A stretch of 32,079 bases of DNA, taken from positions 1 to 32,079 of IMG/VR virus record IMGVR_UViG_3300009450_000002. One strand, given 5' to 3'. Every line of letters begins with the position of its first letter. The stretch's first letter is position 1. This DNA is from a virus. Shown here piece by piece: positions 7,969 to 16,238 of the stretch. The notes below the pieces were generated by a model. It was not told the DNA's origin. It did no database searches and saw nothing but the letters and a program-made list of their open reading frames with translations. Both the position numbers and the translations under genes were made by a program.

Positions 7969-8408
7969 GAGTCAGAACGTGCCAGTAGTTCTTCCAGTTT
8001 AGAACGCGCCTTCACCTCGGCCACACCTAGACGTGAACGGTCAGCGGGTGTGAACCCAAGCAAAGAAAGGTTGGACACTATTTGTCGCTCCAGTTCCCTC
8101 AGGCCACGACGTGTTCTCGGGTCATCGGTTTTCATGACCTGCACACGTAGGTTCCATCGTTCGTCCACCATTTCGCACGTCATCAGTAACAGTTCTATAT
8201 CAGTGTTGGGACTAATCCAGGTTGCACCTACAGACCAGATGCGGTTCCATAGATCGCGCCCGTAAGTCAGTAGCGGTCTGGCAGGATCAGGTATTTCATG
8301 GACGCCTGGGAGTATCTGAACCTCACCTGGTTCTGGCAGTGGACGTTTCCCAGGGTTGCCCAACATGCGCTTCTGCTCAATCGGCTTCGGAGGTCGACCT
8401 GCAGGCAT
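7965..8408 (-). CDS. terS: Terminase small subunit (P27 family-like)
   Basis: The N-terminus GRPPKPIEQKRMLGNPGKRPLP is the P27-family signature as I recall it. It lies upstream of TerL. Confidence 0.8.
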   Translation of the reverse strand: MPAGRPPKPIEQKRMLGNPGKRPLPEPGEVQILPGVHEIPDPARPLLTYGRDLWNRIWSVGATWISPNTDIELLLMTCEMVDERWNLRVQVMKTDDPRTRRGLRELERQIVSNLSLLGFTPADRSRLGVAEVKARSKLEELLARSDS

Positions 8409-9208
8409 CAGGCACCGCCTACTTGGAGCCCTGAGGTCAGATTTGCACTGCCTTCTTCTGACCGGAAGTCAGACACATCACTAACAATGCTTCCAGGGCG
8501 TTTACCACGATACATCCTCGCGCCTTGTTTGTCTATTTCAGAGAAAGGCAGAATGGGCACGGTCAGGCGTTCCCTAGCCTGAGGATTAAGGAAGTAAATG
8601 TATTTCAACTGATAGCCACCCAGACACTCAGCGCCGACTCGCTTCAGGAACGTCGTCGATGTTTCTGATCCAGTCTTGTTGTATCTGGCCTTGATGTTGT
8701 TCTCACCTTTGGTGCCTGAACCGAACCCAGGTTCGAGGACTATCTTGCAAATGACCTCACCATCGGGCATGCGCCACATGGATTTATTCGGTGTGATTTT
8801 CAGAAGGTCAAAACCACTCGCACGATAGATGGTCCCATCACCACACTGAGTGCCATCAGCGTAGGACAGAACCCACTCGATGTGAGGTACCTTCTTCCTC
8901 AGCATCCTCATCGCCACACCGATGGCACGCGACTCACTGTTCTTGGGTAGCACATCAGAGAAAGCCATGCGGTGCAACTCGATGAACCCGTTCCATGAGG
9001 TATCACGAACGAGGCCCACACTCTTTCCCTTGTCGATGGATGGACCCAGTTGCATCACTCCCTCAAGGCGTCCACGATAGAAAACACCCAGATGCACCTG
9101 TGATCGAGGGTCGACTTTCCCTGAGTAGTGGTGTGTCTTTACAAACGCGACCGCGGCACTCCGAGGGATGCCTTTGACCTCGATTTCTTTCGCGCTCATC
9201 CAGGCCAC
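8408..9208 (-). CDS. Putative Mom-like (GNAT-fold) DNA-modification protein. The family call is tentative.
   Basis: 266 aa. The motifs FVKTHHYSGK, LPKNSES and VLSYADGTQCGDGTIYRASGF resemble the HHYS / PKNxES / SxAD..G.IYxAxxx blocks I recall for Mom-family proteins. Confidence 0.45.
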   Translation of the reverse strand: MAWMSAKEIEVKGIPRSAAVAFVKTHHYSGKVDPRSQVHLGVFYRGRLEGVMQLGPSIDKGKSVGLVRDTSWNGFIELHRMAFSDVLPKNSESRAIGVAMRMLRKKVPHIEWVLSYADGTQCGDGTIYRASGFDLLKITPNKSMWRMPDGEVICKIVLEPGFGSGTKGENNIKARYNKTGSETSTTFLKRVGAECLGGYQLKYIYFLNPQARERLTVPILPFSEIDKQGARMYRGKRPGSIVSDVSDFRSEEGSANLTSGLQVGGA

Positions 9209-9801
9209 TCCGACATGACCAGGAACAAGGCGTTGCCATTACTGTTCTGATTCTCACCATCGTCTGGGAGTCTGTTCGACTTCTTAGCCTGGGCCAGAAC
9301 CTGACGGATAGTTTCAGCCTGCTCCAGGCTCACAGTGAAGGTCATCTGTGTGGCATCCTTCCTCGGGGCATCCTCGAGTAACGAAAACGGGTCATCTACC
9401 TCATCAGGCCTGACGTCGAGGATTTCATACCCTGTGAAACCAATCGACTCAACATCCCAGTCCGCCAGTTTCAGTTCGGTCAACTGTTCCGATAGTTCCA
9501 CATGATTCCACTCAGCCAACTCAGCCGTTCGATTATCAGCAAGCGCGAACGCTTTGACCTGCTCAGGTGTCCAGTCAGATGGAACACGAACACATCCTAC
9601 CTTCGACCATCCCAGTGATGTCGCGGCCTGAACCGTTCCGTTACCAGCGACGATGACGTTATCAGATGTGATAACCACCGGCTTGCGCTGACCAAACTGC
9701 TCCAGTGATCCAGCGATGGCGTCGATGTTTCTCTGGTCATGAGTCCTGGCGTTCGACGGGTCGAAGGTGAGGTCAGCGATTTGCACTGTTTCGATTTTCA
9801 T
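9196..9801 (-). CDS. ParB-like nuclease domain protein
   Basis: The N-terminus (IADLTFDPSNARTHDQRNIDAIAGSLEQFGQRKPVVI...VIVAGNGTVQAA) is typical of the ParB/Srx N-terminal domain. Confidence 0.75.
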   Translation of the reverse strand: MKIETVQIADLTFDPSNARTHDQRNIDAIAGSLEQFGQRKPVVITSDNVIVAGNGTVQAATSLGWSKVGCVRVPSDWTPEQVKAFALADNRTAELAEWNHVELSEQLTELKLADWDVESIGFTGYEILDVRPDEVDDPFSLLEDAPRKDATQMTFTVSLEQAETIRQVLAQAKKSNRLPDDGENQNSNGNALFLVMSEWPG

Positions 9802-9970
9802 GTTTTCAGCCTAGCGTCAAAATCACTTAATTTCGCGACATCATATGCCTGGCTGGGGCTGACGGGATGGTGGCTCAGGGCTATTGAAGAAATTGCCCAC
9901 CCCTATGAAGAACCCCGTACGGGTAGGTGGTGATGGTGTGTGGTGGTTTGTAGGTTGTCGAGTGACCGAA

Positions 9971-10294
9971 TTAGAGTGGTTTGTTGCCACGTTTACGGTT
10001 GCAGGTTCTGTGTGCTTTTGCGAGTGGTGAGTGATGGCCTAGTTCTGGGTAAATGTGGTCTGCTTCCCATGGGTCGCCCTCCCTGGCCTCACCGCCACAC
10101 AGGTGGCATACCCCCCCTGGGGCAGTCACTAGTTTTGCTTTTTGTTTATAGTTTCCACCGTATAGGAATTGTTTCTTCGCTTTGCGTCGAGGTGATTTCG
10201 ATGGTTGTGTCTTGCGTCTGTGGTCTGGGCAGTAGGACTGTGGGGATAGAACACCACATGTGAGGCATGGCCTGGGGAACCCGTAGGTAGTCAT
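9971..10294 (-). CDS. HNH endonuclease
   Basis: CHLCG...ADHIYP...AHRTCNRKRG is an HNH motif. An HNH gene near the terminase is typical of HK97-like cos phages. Confidence 0.8.
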   Translation of the reverse strand: MTTYGFPRPCLTCGVLSPQSYCPDHRRKTQPSKSPRRKAKKQFLYGGNYKQKAKLVTAPGGVCHLCGGEAREGDPWEADHIYPELGHHSPLAKAHRTCNRKRGNKPL

Positions 10295-10298
10295 TTTT

Positions 10299-10793
10299 TT
10301 AGATCGCTGTGAGTTTGTGTTGTGGTACCTGCCGGAGTAGTCCTGAGTTGTCCCAGTCGACTGGTAGTCCGATGTCCCAGGCTGTTGTGGCTTTGATGTA
10401 GCCGATGACGTCGACTAGGTTGTCTGGGTCTGTGTGGGCGTAGGCGAGGACGATGACACGGTCGAGTGTGGCGTAGTCCTCTTTCACTAGCAGTGAGTGG
10501 TGTGGTGATCTGGCGCGTTTCACCTCGATGTTGACACCTACGTCTGGTTCGTGTTTGTGTAAATGGTGGTGTTCGGCTGACCACCATGAGGCGTGCCAGT
10601 ACCTGTTGAACGCTTTCGCTGTTGCTAGTTCGCATCGTGTGGAGGCGTACATGGCGACACTGTTGTCCTCCATGCGATCACTGTTGCGTGCGTAGGCTGG
10701 GGCGTTGCCACGCCCTTCGTTCATTTCGTTGCGTTTGTCTGCAACCAGACGGGCCAGGACTAGGTCTGAGTTGTTCAGTTCGATGGTAGCCAT
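10299..10793 (-). CDS. Hypothetical protein, 164 aa, with a possible PD-(D/E)xK-like motif
   Basis: ORF track. EPDVGVNIEVK resembles a PD...ExK nuclease motif, but this is weak. Confidence 0.5.
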   Translation of the reverse strand: MATIELNNSDLVLARLVADKRNEMNEGRGNAPAYARNSDRMEDNSVAMYASTRCELATAKAFNRYWHASWWSAEHHHLHKHEPDVGVNIEVKRARSPHHSLLVKEDYATLDRVIVLAYAHTDPDNLVDVIGYIKATTAWDIGLPVDWDNSGLLRQVPQHKLTAI

Positions 10794-10796
10794 GGG

Positions 10797-10931
10797 TTAC
10801 TTCTTGAACAGTGGTGAGGCTTTCTTCTGGTACCAGGCTTGTTGTTGCCTGATCGCATCCTTGTCTTGTGCCTTCTGTAGGTTGGCACGGTACTGGTCAG
10901 CGAGTTTCAGTACTTTTTGTAGGTCAGTCAT
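10797..10931 (-). CDS. 44-aa coiled-coil small protein
   Basis: Not in the track. GGAGGA lies 7 nt before ATG 10931. Sequence is MTDLQKVLKLADQYRANLQKAQDKDAIRQQQAWYQKKASPLFKK, and its stop is 3 nt before the next ATG. Confidence 0.45.
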   Translation of the reverse strand: MTDLQKVLKLADQYRANLQKAQDKDAIRQQQAWYQKKASPLFKK

Positions 10932-11226
10932 TGTCATCCTCCAATGTGTCTAGGTAGTTGTTGATGTAGTTGTCGCCTAGGTAACGTCTGATGATGTGGT
11001 CAGCCATGAGGGTGAAGTCGAGGAAGTTGTCAAGTTCGATGATGTCGTCGTCTGTAAGTTGGCGTTTTCCGAGGGCGTGTTGCACGATGAGGTCATTGGC
11101 GAACCATGTGACGGCACTGTACTCACCTAGGTCAGAGATACGTGACAGACGGGTGTACACCTCCAGGTGGAGTTGGTCGCCTAACCCCCATTCTTCTGGG
11201 ATGTCACCTGATGCGATCGCGGTCAC
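10924..11226 (-). CDS. Hypothetical acidic protein, 100 aa
   Basis: ORF track. There is a 4-nt overlap with the upstream gene. Confidence 0.6.
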   Translation of the reverse strand: MTAIASGDIPEEWGLGDQLHLEVYTRLSRISDLGEYSAVTWFANDLIVQHALGKRQLTDDDIIELDNFLDFTLMADHIIRRYLGDNYINNYLDTLEDDND

Positions 11227-12380
11227 AGTTTGTACACCGTTCCCGCGTAGTCAACCCCTTGTTCGAGGATGAGTGTTGCCAGACCTGGTACTGCTTCCTC
11301 ACCTGCCACTAACCTGAACCAGTTCGAACCGTTGTCCATGGTTGGTGCCATGACTAGGAACCGTGATGTTCCACGTGGTGTGCACCCAAGTTCGGTGACC
11401 CTGAGGTGATGAAAATGACCGTGTACAAGAACGTTGGCGTCTGCTACTGGTTGGTGTCCGAACGCCTGTTGCCTCCACCATGTGGCCATGAGGTCTGGGC
11501 GTCGCGCCTGATGACCGTGTGCGATGCCGAGAATGTGGAAACCGTCACCGAATACGTCGACCGCTAGTGACTCATCGTGTGTCTGTGGCTCCACGAACTT
11601 CCAGCCGTGTCCTGCTTCCTGTGACAGTCTGGCGATCTGACGGCCGATGAACACTCCCCAATCGTCTGTAGGTGTGCCGATGGCTTTGCCGTTCATCCTG
11701 AACTGGCAGTGGTTGGAGCCGACTGAGGCGTAGGTGATGTCTGTCACGTGTTGCGATACACGCTTCATGGTCTGATACGCCAGTGTGGTTGCGAGGTCGA
11801 CCTGGGCCATGATGCTGAGGTCATTCGAGTAGTTCTGTTGTGGGGCGTTTGCGTTGTAGAAGTTCTCGACGGTGTCGCCTAGGTCAGCGAATATGACCTT
11901 CGCTGGTTTCTCCCGTTTGATTTGGTCGATGAGGCGTTCTTGCATGAGTGCCACACGTTCCAACAGGGTGTTGGTGTCGCCTCGGAAGTCGACCTTGCCT
12001 ACCTGGAGGTCTGACCAGAGGATGACTAGGGCGCGTGGGTTAGGTTTGCCTAACTTGACCGGTTTGAGGTTCTTCTGTGCCTCAGCGATTAGCATGGGCA
12101 GGTCGATGTCTGTGGCTTTGCGTCGGAACGTGAACCGGTATGAGGTCAACCAGACTAGGTCGCCATCCTTCTGTTGTTGCCAACGGGATGTCCTGACCGG
12201 TGGTATCACCTCGATGCCCTCAGGGTCTAGACCAGCGTCGCGAAGGAACTCATCGAAGTTCTCTGGTTCGTTGTCATAGCCTGGAGTGGTTGCGACACCC
12301 TCAGTGCCGTCGAACTCGACGCCTGGTCTGAAGTTCTTGGGTGCCTGCACCTTGGGCGCTGGTTTGAGGTTTTCTAGCAT
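11223..12380 (-). CDS. Metallophosphoesterase (calcineurin-like)
   Basis: The ordered motifs WSDLQ, ADLGDTVEN, GSNH, AHGH and VHGHFHH match the metallophosphatase signature. Confidence 0.7.
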   Translation of the reverse strand: MLENLKPAPKVQAPKNFRPGVEFDGTEGVATTPGYDNEPENFDEFLRDAGLDPEGIEVIPPVRTSRWQQQKDGDLVWLTSYRFTFRRKATDIDLPMLIAEAQKNLKPVKLGKPNPRALVILWSDLQVGKVDFRGDTNTLLERVALMQERLIDQIKREKPAKVIFADLGDTVENFYNANAPQQNYSNDLSIMAQVDLATTLAYQTMKRVSQHVTDITYASVGSNHCQFRMNGKAIGTPTDDWGVFIGRQIARLSQEAGHGWKFVEPQTHDESLAVDVFGDGFHILGIAHGHQARRPDLMATWWRQQAFGHQPVADANVLVHGHFHHLRVTELGCTPRGTSRFLVMAPTMDNGSNWFRLVAGEEAVPGLATLILEQGVDYAGTVYKL

Positions 12381-12610
12381 CAGCCGATGTGCCTACATGA
12401 GCATTCGTACAAGCGGTGTTTGCGCACAGAGTTCGCTGACACATGCAGACCGAGTTTGCTCATTTCAGCGGCCAGCACGTGGTCCTTCCAACCGTCACGG
12501 TCGAGTAGCGCTTCCATCAGGATTTCTTGGTCACTGTCGTTCAGGCCGTCGAGGATTGTCCTCAGTTTGCACGGCAGGATTTTCACTGGCGGTTTCAGGT
12601 TCTCTAGCAT
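12380..12610 (-). CDS. Small HTH-like DNA-binding protein, 76 aa
   Basis: I trimmed the track ORF (GTG 12634) to ATG 12610, which has GGGGAG 6 nt upstream. A C-terminal HTH-like segment reads LAAEMSKLGLHVSANSVRKHR. Confidence 0.5.
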   Translation of the reverse strand: MLENLKPPVKILPCKLRTILDGLNDSDQEILMEALLDRDGWKDHVLAAEMSKLGLHVSANSVRKHRLYECSCRHIG

Positions 12611-12654
12611 TGTGACTCCCCTCTGTATTCTCACACTATAGCGAAAGTCTAAAC

Positions 12655-13098
12655 CTATAGAAGAACGTCGTCCATCGGTGTGTCTAGTGCCTGCACAATG
12701 ATGTGTGCACCTGGTTCGTGAGCGTCGTCATACAACTTCATGGCCTTGAGGTGTATCACCTGGGCGTCGTCATCCCAGACACCTGCATCGGTCATGGCAT
12801 CGCAAATCGCCCTGACCAACTTGTCCACGTCAGGTGGAACGATTGGTGTGAGTCGTTTGGACTGAGGGATGGACTTGGGGCGTTCGATGTAGAACACGAC
12901 GTTCAGGTCAACAGGTCCTGTGAGTGGTTTGTGATCCCACTGTGTGATGTAGTCACTGGCGACAGTCGTGACTGCTTTTCGCCACGCCGGAAGGTACTTG
13001 GACGCTTCGATGAACCTGCCACCTGATGCCCTGTTCCCTCCGACGTAGCGCTTCGACCCTTGAGGCGCGACACGCCCTGGGACGAAGAACTCCAGCAT
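12655..13098 (-). CDS. rusA: RusA-like Holliday junction resolvase
   Basis: VPGRVAPQGSKR ... PDVDKLVRAICDAMTDAGVWDDDAQV is a RusA-family pattern. Confidence 0.8.
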   Translation of the reverse strand: MLEFFVPGRVAPQGSKRYVGGNRASGGRFIEASKYLPAWRKAVTTVASDYITQWDHKPLTGPVDLNVVFYIERPKSIPQSKRLTPIVPPDVDKLVRAICDAMTDAGVWDDDAQVIHLKAMKLYDDAHEPGAHIIVQALDTPMDDVLL

Positions 13099-13469
13099 TA
13101 GAACGGAGCGTCGTCAGCGCCAGGGATGTCCACGGTAGGCCACACGTTTGCGACGGCAGCGTGACCGGTTTTGGACTGTGGACTGTTGCCCTTGTTGACG
13201 ATGGTGATGTCGTCAGCGCGAACCTCGAGGCTCATGCCTTTCGACCCGTCACGCTTCTCATAGCGTTTGGTCTTCAGTCGACCCTTGACCTCGATCAGGT
13301 CGCCCTCATTGAAACCTGCAGGACCGATGACACTGAAATAGTCAGCGCCTACCTTCTCCCACTCTCCAGCATCGTTCTTCCTGACCTGGTTGTGTGCGAC
13401 ATCGTAGACGATGCCCCAATCGAATGACTTGACTCCGTTGACGTAACCTTTGAACTCCACCTGAATCAT
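13098..13469 (-). CDS. ssb: Single-stranded DNA-binding protein
   Basis: The body is OB-fold-like (GDLIEVKGRLKTKRYEKRDGSKGMSLEVRADDI) and the acidic C-terminal tip is ADDAPF. Confidence 0.7.
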   Translation of the reverse strand: MIQVEFKGYVNGVKSFDWGIVYDVAHNQVRKNDAGEWEKVGADYFSVIGPAGFNEGDLIEVKGRLKTKRYEKRDGSKGMSLEVRADDITIVNKGNSPQSKTGHAAVANVWPTVDIPGADDAPF

Positions 13470-13484
13470 GGTGTATCCCTTCTA

Positions 13485-13775
13485 CTAGTTGACACCATCA
13501 TAACCATGACCGGTGACATCTGCTAGTACGTGACTGGGTGCGACACAGTCTTCGTTGCCACACAGTCTGATGCCTGGGAGTATCGGTTCGCCGTCGTCGT
13601 CGACGGGTGTGATCTGGTCAGGGTCGAAGTATCCATGCCAGGGAAGGCATTTGCCGTGTGCCGTGTGAACGGTCTGGACCTTCCTGGCCCTGCAGGATGA
13701 GCACAGACTGGTCTTGTTTCTGATGGTGTTGACGGTCCACTCGAACCCGCATCGCTCACAGGTGATGACTGGCAT
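13485..13775 (-). CDS. Cys-rich zinc-ribbon protein, 96 aa
   Basis: CERCG...CSSC...C..EDC cysteine pairs. Confidence 0.6.
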   Translation of the reverse strand: MPVITCERCGFEWTVNTIRNKTSLCSSCRARKVQTVHTAHGKCLPWHGYFDPDQITPVDDDGEPILPGIRLCGNEDCVAPSHVLADVTGHGYDGVN

Positions 13776-13796
13776 TCATCCAGGGTAACTGAAAAT

Positions 13797-14735
13797 CTAT
13801 TCAATGACCTCAATGTCAGCCAACATTCCAAGTTCAGCGGTCAATCTGTTCTCACTGAGTCGTGCATAGTCTGGGTTGACCTCGCATCCAACATAGTTGC
13901 GGCCATGCTTTAGCGCGACGACTCCGGTGGTGCCAGAACCAGAGAACGGGTCTAGGACTGTATCGCCAGGCTCACTACCAGCAAGAACACAAGGTTCGAT
14001 TAAGGCCGGAGGGTAGACCGCAAAATGAGCGCCCTTGTATGAAGCCACAGAAACATTCCAGACTGACCTCTTGTTGCGTTTGTCTTTAATGCTGACGAAC
14101 GCTTCCTGACCAGTCCCTTCTTGACCTTGCCGTTTACCTCGATAACTCAGTCGACCGAGGCCCGCACGATTGTCCTCTGACCAGATGGCATCCTCTTGGA
14201 TTGCCTCATGGTCGAAGAAATACTTAGGTTGTTTGGAGAACAAGAAAATGTATTCATGCGATTTGACACATCTGTCTTTGACACTCTCAGGCATTGGGTT
14301 CGGTTTTGACCAGATAATGTCTTGCCTCAGGTACCAACCACGATCTTGCATTGCGAAAGCGAACCGCCAAGGTATTCCAGCCAGGTCTTTCTTTTTGAGG
14401 CCGTCGCCCAGTCGTGAAAAGGTTCCTTCTCGTTCTTGACCAAAACCAGCGCGACCGGCAGTGCTAGCGCGACTTTGAGAACCGCCAGCATATGAGTCAC
14501 CAAGGTTCACCCAAAGGGTACCGTCGTCTGCCAGTACCCTCCAGACCTCATCGAATACTTTGCAGAGGCTTTCGACATACTCTGACGGAGTGTTCTCTAA
14601 ACCTATCTGGGCATCGTTCCCGTAGTCACGAAGTCCCCAGTATGGTGGCGATGTGACACAGGTTCGTGCTGACCCCTCAAGCATCCCTGCAAGAAGTTCA
14701 GTTGCCTCACCTATTGCAACTTGACCCCAGTTCAT
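13797..14735 (-). CDS. DNA methyltransferase, beta class (N6-adenine or N4-cytosine)
   Basis: Motif IV (TSPPYW) is near the N-terminus and motif I (DPFSGSGTTGVVA) near the C-terminus, which is the N6_N4_Mtase-type order. Confidence 0.85.
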   Translation of the reverse strand: MNWGQVAIGEATELLAGMLEGSARTCVTSPPYWGLRDYGNDAQIGLENTPSEYVESLCKVFDEVWRVLADDGTLWVNLGDSYAGGSQSRASTAGRAGFGQEREGTFSRLGDGLKKKDLAGIPWRFAFAMQDRGWYLRQDIIWSKPNPMPESVKDRCVKSHEYIFLFSKQPKYFFDHEAIQEDAIWSEDNRAGLGRLSYRGKRQGQEGTGQEAFVSIKDKRNKRSVWNVSVASYKGAHFAVYPPALIEPCVLAGSEPGDTVLDPFSGSGTTGVVALKHGRNYVGCEVNPDYARLSENRLTAELGMLADIEVIE

Positions 14736-15148
14736 GATGCCATCCTGTGGAATCCATAGACGGCGCGTGTGCCACCGCGTGACGGGTCATGGGTGTCGTG
14801 GATGACACCGTCGATGACGGCGACCAGGTGCCTGGACACTGACACGATAAGTCGACCCTTTGGCAGTTCGTCCTCACGTAGGTGGACTGTCGTGCCTTGT
14901 CCGACGTGCATGGTAGGAATCCAGTTGAACCCTAGTTCCTGCAGGTAGGCCTTGTAGACCTTCTTGCTGATGCCGTTCCGTGCTGACTTGACTCCAGTGA
15001 TTGTAGCCTGACGTTCTGCCAGTTCCTTGTAGACCTCACGGTAGTCGCGATTCATGACGATTGCGATTGCCCGTGCGACACAGTCATTAGCCTCACCCTT
15101 GAATCCTGCCTTGGCCCTGCCACCATCGTTATAGTTCCATGTAGTCAT
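14732..15148 (-). CDS. Conserved phage hypothetical protein, possibly a papain-like Cys/His fold
   Basis: NYNDGGR...NDCVARAIAI ... RHLVAVIDGVIHDTHD. There is an ATGA overlap with the methyltransferase gene. Confidence 0.55.
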   Translation of the reverse strand: MTTWNYNDGGRAKAGFKGEANDCVARAIAIVMNRDYREVYKELAERQATITGVKSARNGISKKVYKAYLQELGFNWIPTMHVGQGTTVHLREDELPKGRLIVSVSRHLVAVIDGVIHDTHDPSRGGTRAVYGFHRMAS

Positions 15149-15217
15149 TTGACTATCCCTTCTCTCTATGTCTACTACTTTACACGATAAGGGGAATCAG
15201 TGCAACCCCAGGGCGTG

Positions 15218-15982
15218 TCACTTACAACCGAACTCACCCTCACGGCACTCCCAATGTTCACCCTGATCATGCAAAGACTTCACCCACTGACGTCTGCCAG
15301 GGCCCTCAGCCGGTGGCTTCATCCCACGACTCACTCCAGGGATACTGAGTGGGTCACGCTCAGGGAAAGGCTCATCCTCCCAACCATCCCTGTTCAGCCA
15401 TGTCGCTGGATACGGGATGAACTGCTTCGGAGGCAAATTAGGATCATTGGTCATCCTCATCAGACCATCCATGATCACCTGTGCATCACCAACACGTTGC
15501 ACGGCCTTGTAGAACGCCTTCCGTGCCTCACCCTTCTGCAAATGCTTTGGATATGACTCCCAGAAAGAATCAAACATCGCCTTATAGTTCTCTGGTTCTA
15601 GTTCAGTGGTTCTAGTTAGTGGGACAGTGGTGTCCCTACCTGGCGACACGGGTGTCCCTACCCTAGGGACAGTGGTGTCCCTACCCTGTGGGATGCGACG
15701 CAACGTGTACACGTTCGACATGAAACCGTTCCCAGCCTTCCTGTGACTCTTAACCACGGCACCAATCTGAACCAGTTCCTCGATTGCACGGTCGACAGAT
15801 TTGACATGGCATCGTGCCCTCGACGCGATTAGGTCACGTGACGGGAACGCCTGCAACGTATCGTTGTCTGCATACCTGGCCAGAATGCTATACACCCTCA
15901 CGGCGCGATCAGACACCTCAGCATCGACCACCCACTCTGGGACAATGCTGAACCTGATGTCTGTTTCAATATGCGATTTCAT
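15218..15982 (-). CDS. Putative replication initiator / replisome organiser (winged-HTH N-terminus)
   Basis: The N-terminal wHTH-like region reads VRVYSILARYADN...FPSRDLIASRARCHVKSVDRAIEELVQIGAV. The C-terminal block FWESYPK...ATWLNRDGWED is common in phage replication organisers. It carries an internal iteron-like array. Confidence 0.55.
   Translation of the reverse strand: MKSHIETDIRFSIVPEWVVDAEVSDRAVRVYSILARYADNDTLQAFPSRDLIASRARCHVKSVDRAIEELVQIGAVVKSHRKAGNGFMSNVYTLRRIPQGRDTTVPRVGTPVSPGRDTTVPLTRTTELEPENYKAMFDSFWESYPKHLQKGEARKAFYKAVQRVGDAQVIMDGLMRMTNDPNLPPKQFIPYPATWLNRDGWEDEPFPERDPLSIPGVSRGMKPPAEGPGRRQWVKSLHDQGEHWECREGEFGCK
15621..15686. repeat. Three iteron-like direct repeats inside the initiator gene (candidate origin)
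   Basis: GGTGTCCCTACC occurs at 15629-15640, 15651-15662 and 15674-15685, a 22-23 bp period. Copies 1 and 3 are the identical 20-mer GGGACAGTGGTGTCCCTACC, which contains the palindrome GGGACA-N4-TGTCCC. Confidence 0.8.
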
Positions 15983-16227
15983 TTGTCCTCCAATGCGCTC
16001 ATCGCAATCTGTAGTTGTCTGTCTGTAAACTCATACCTCGGCCGTTTCGACTCTCTCACCGCGACGGGTGTCGGAGGCTCAGGATGCCTCAGCCGATACC
16101 AGTGCCAGTAATCCTCACCGGCCTTCTGAATCCTCGCATTATCCCACTGAGCCACTGGATGCCAGAACGCCTCCAAGTGTAGTGTCGCCAGGTCGATACC
16201 TAACTCATCAGCCCAATCCACCATCAT
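15979..16227 (-). CDS. Hypothetical protein, 82 aa
   Basis: ORF track. There is a 4-nt overlap with the downstream gene. Confidence 0.55.
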   Translation of the reverse strand: MMVDWADELGIDLATLHLEAFWHPVAQWDNARIQKAGEDYWHWYRLRHPEPPTPVAVRESKRPRYEFTDRQLQIAMSALEDK

Positions 16228-16238
16228 TGTTCCCTTCT

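Noticed and set aside
10291-10635. 114-aa Arg/Thr/Pro-rich minus-strand ORF
   Set aside because: This is an alternate frame fully overlapping the longer 10299-10793 ORF. Its composition is typical of an off-frame artefact.
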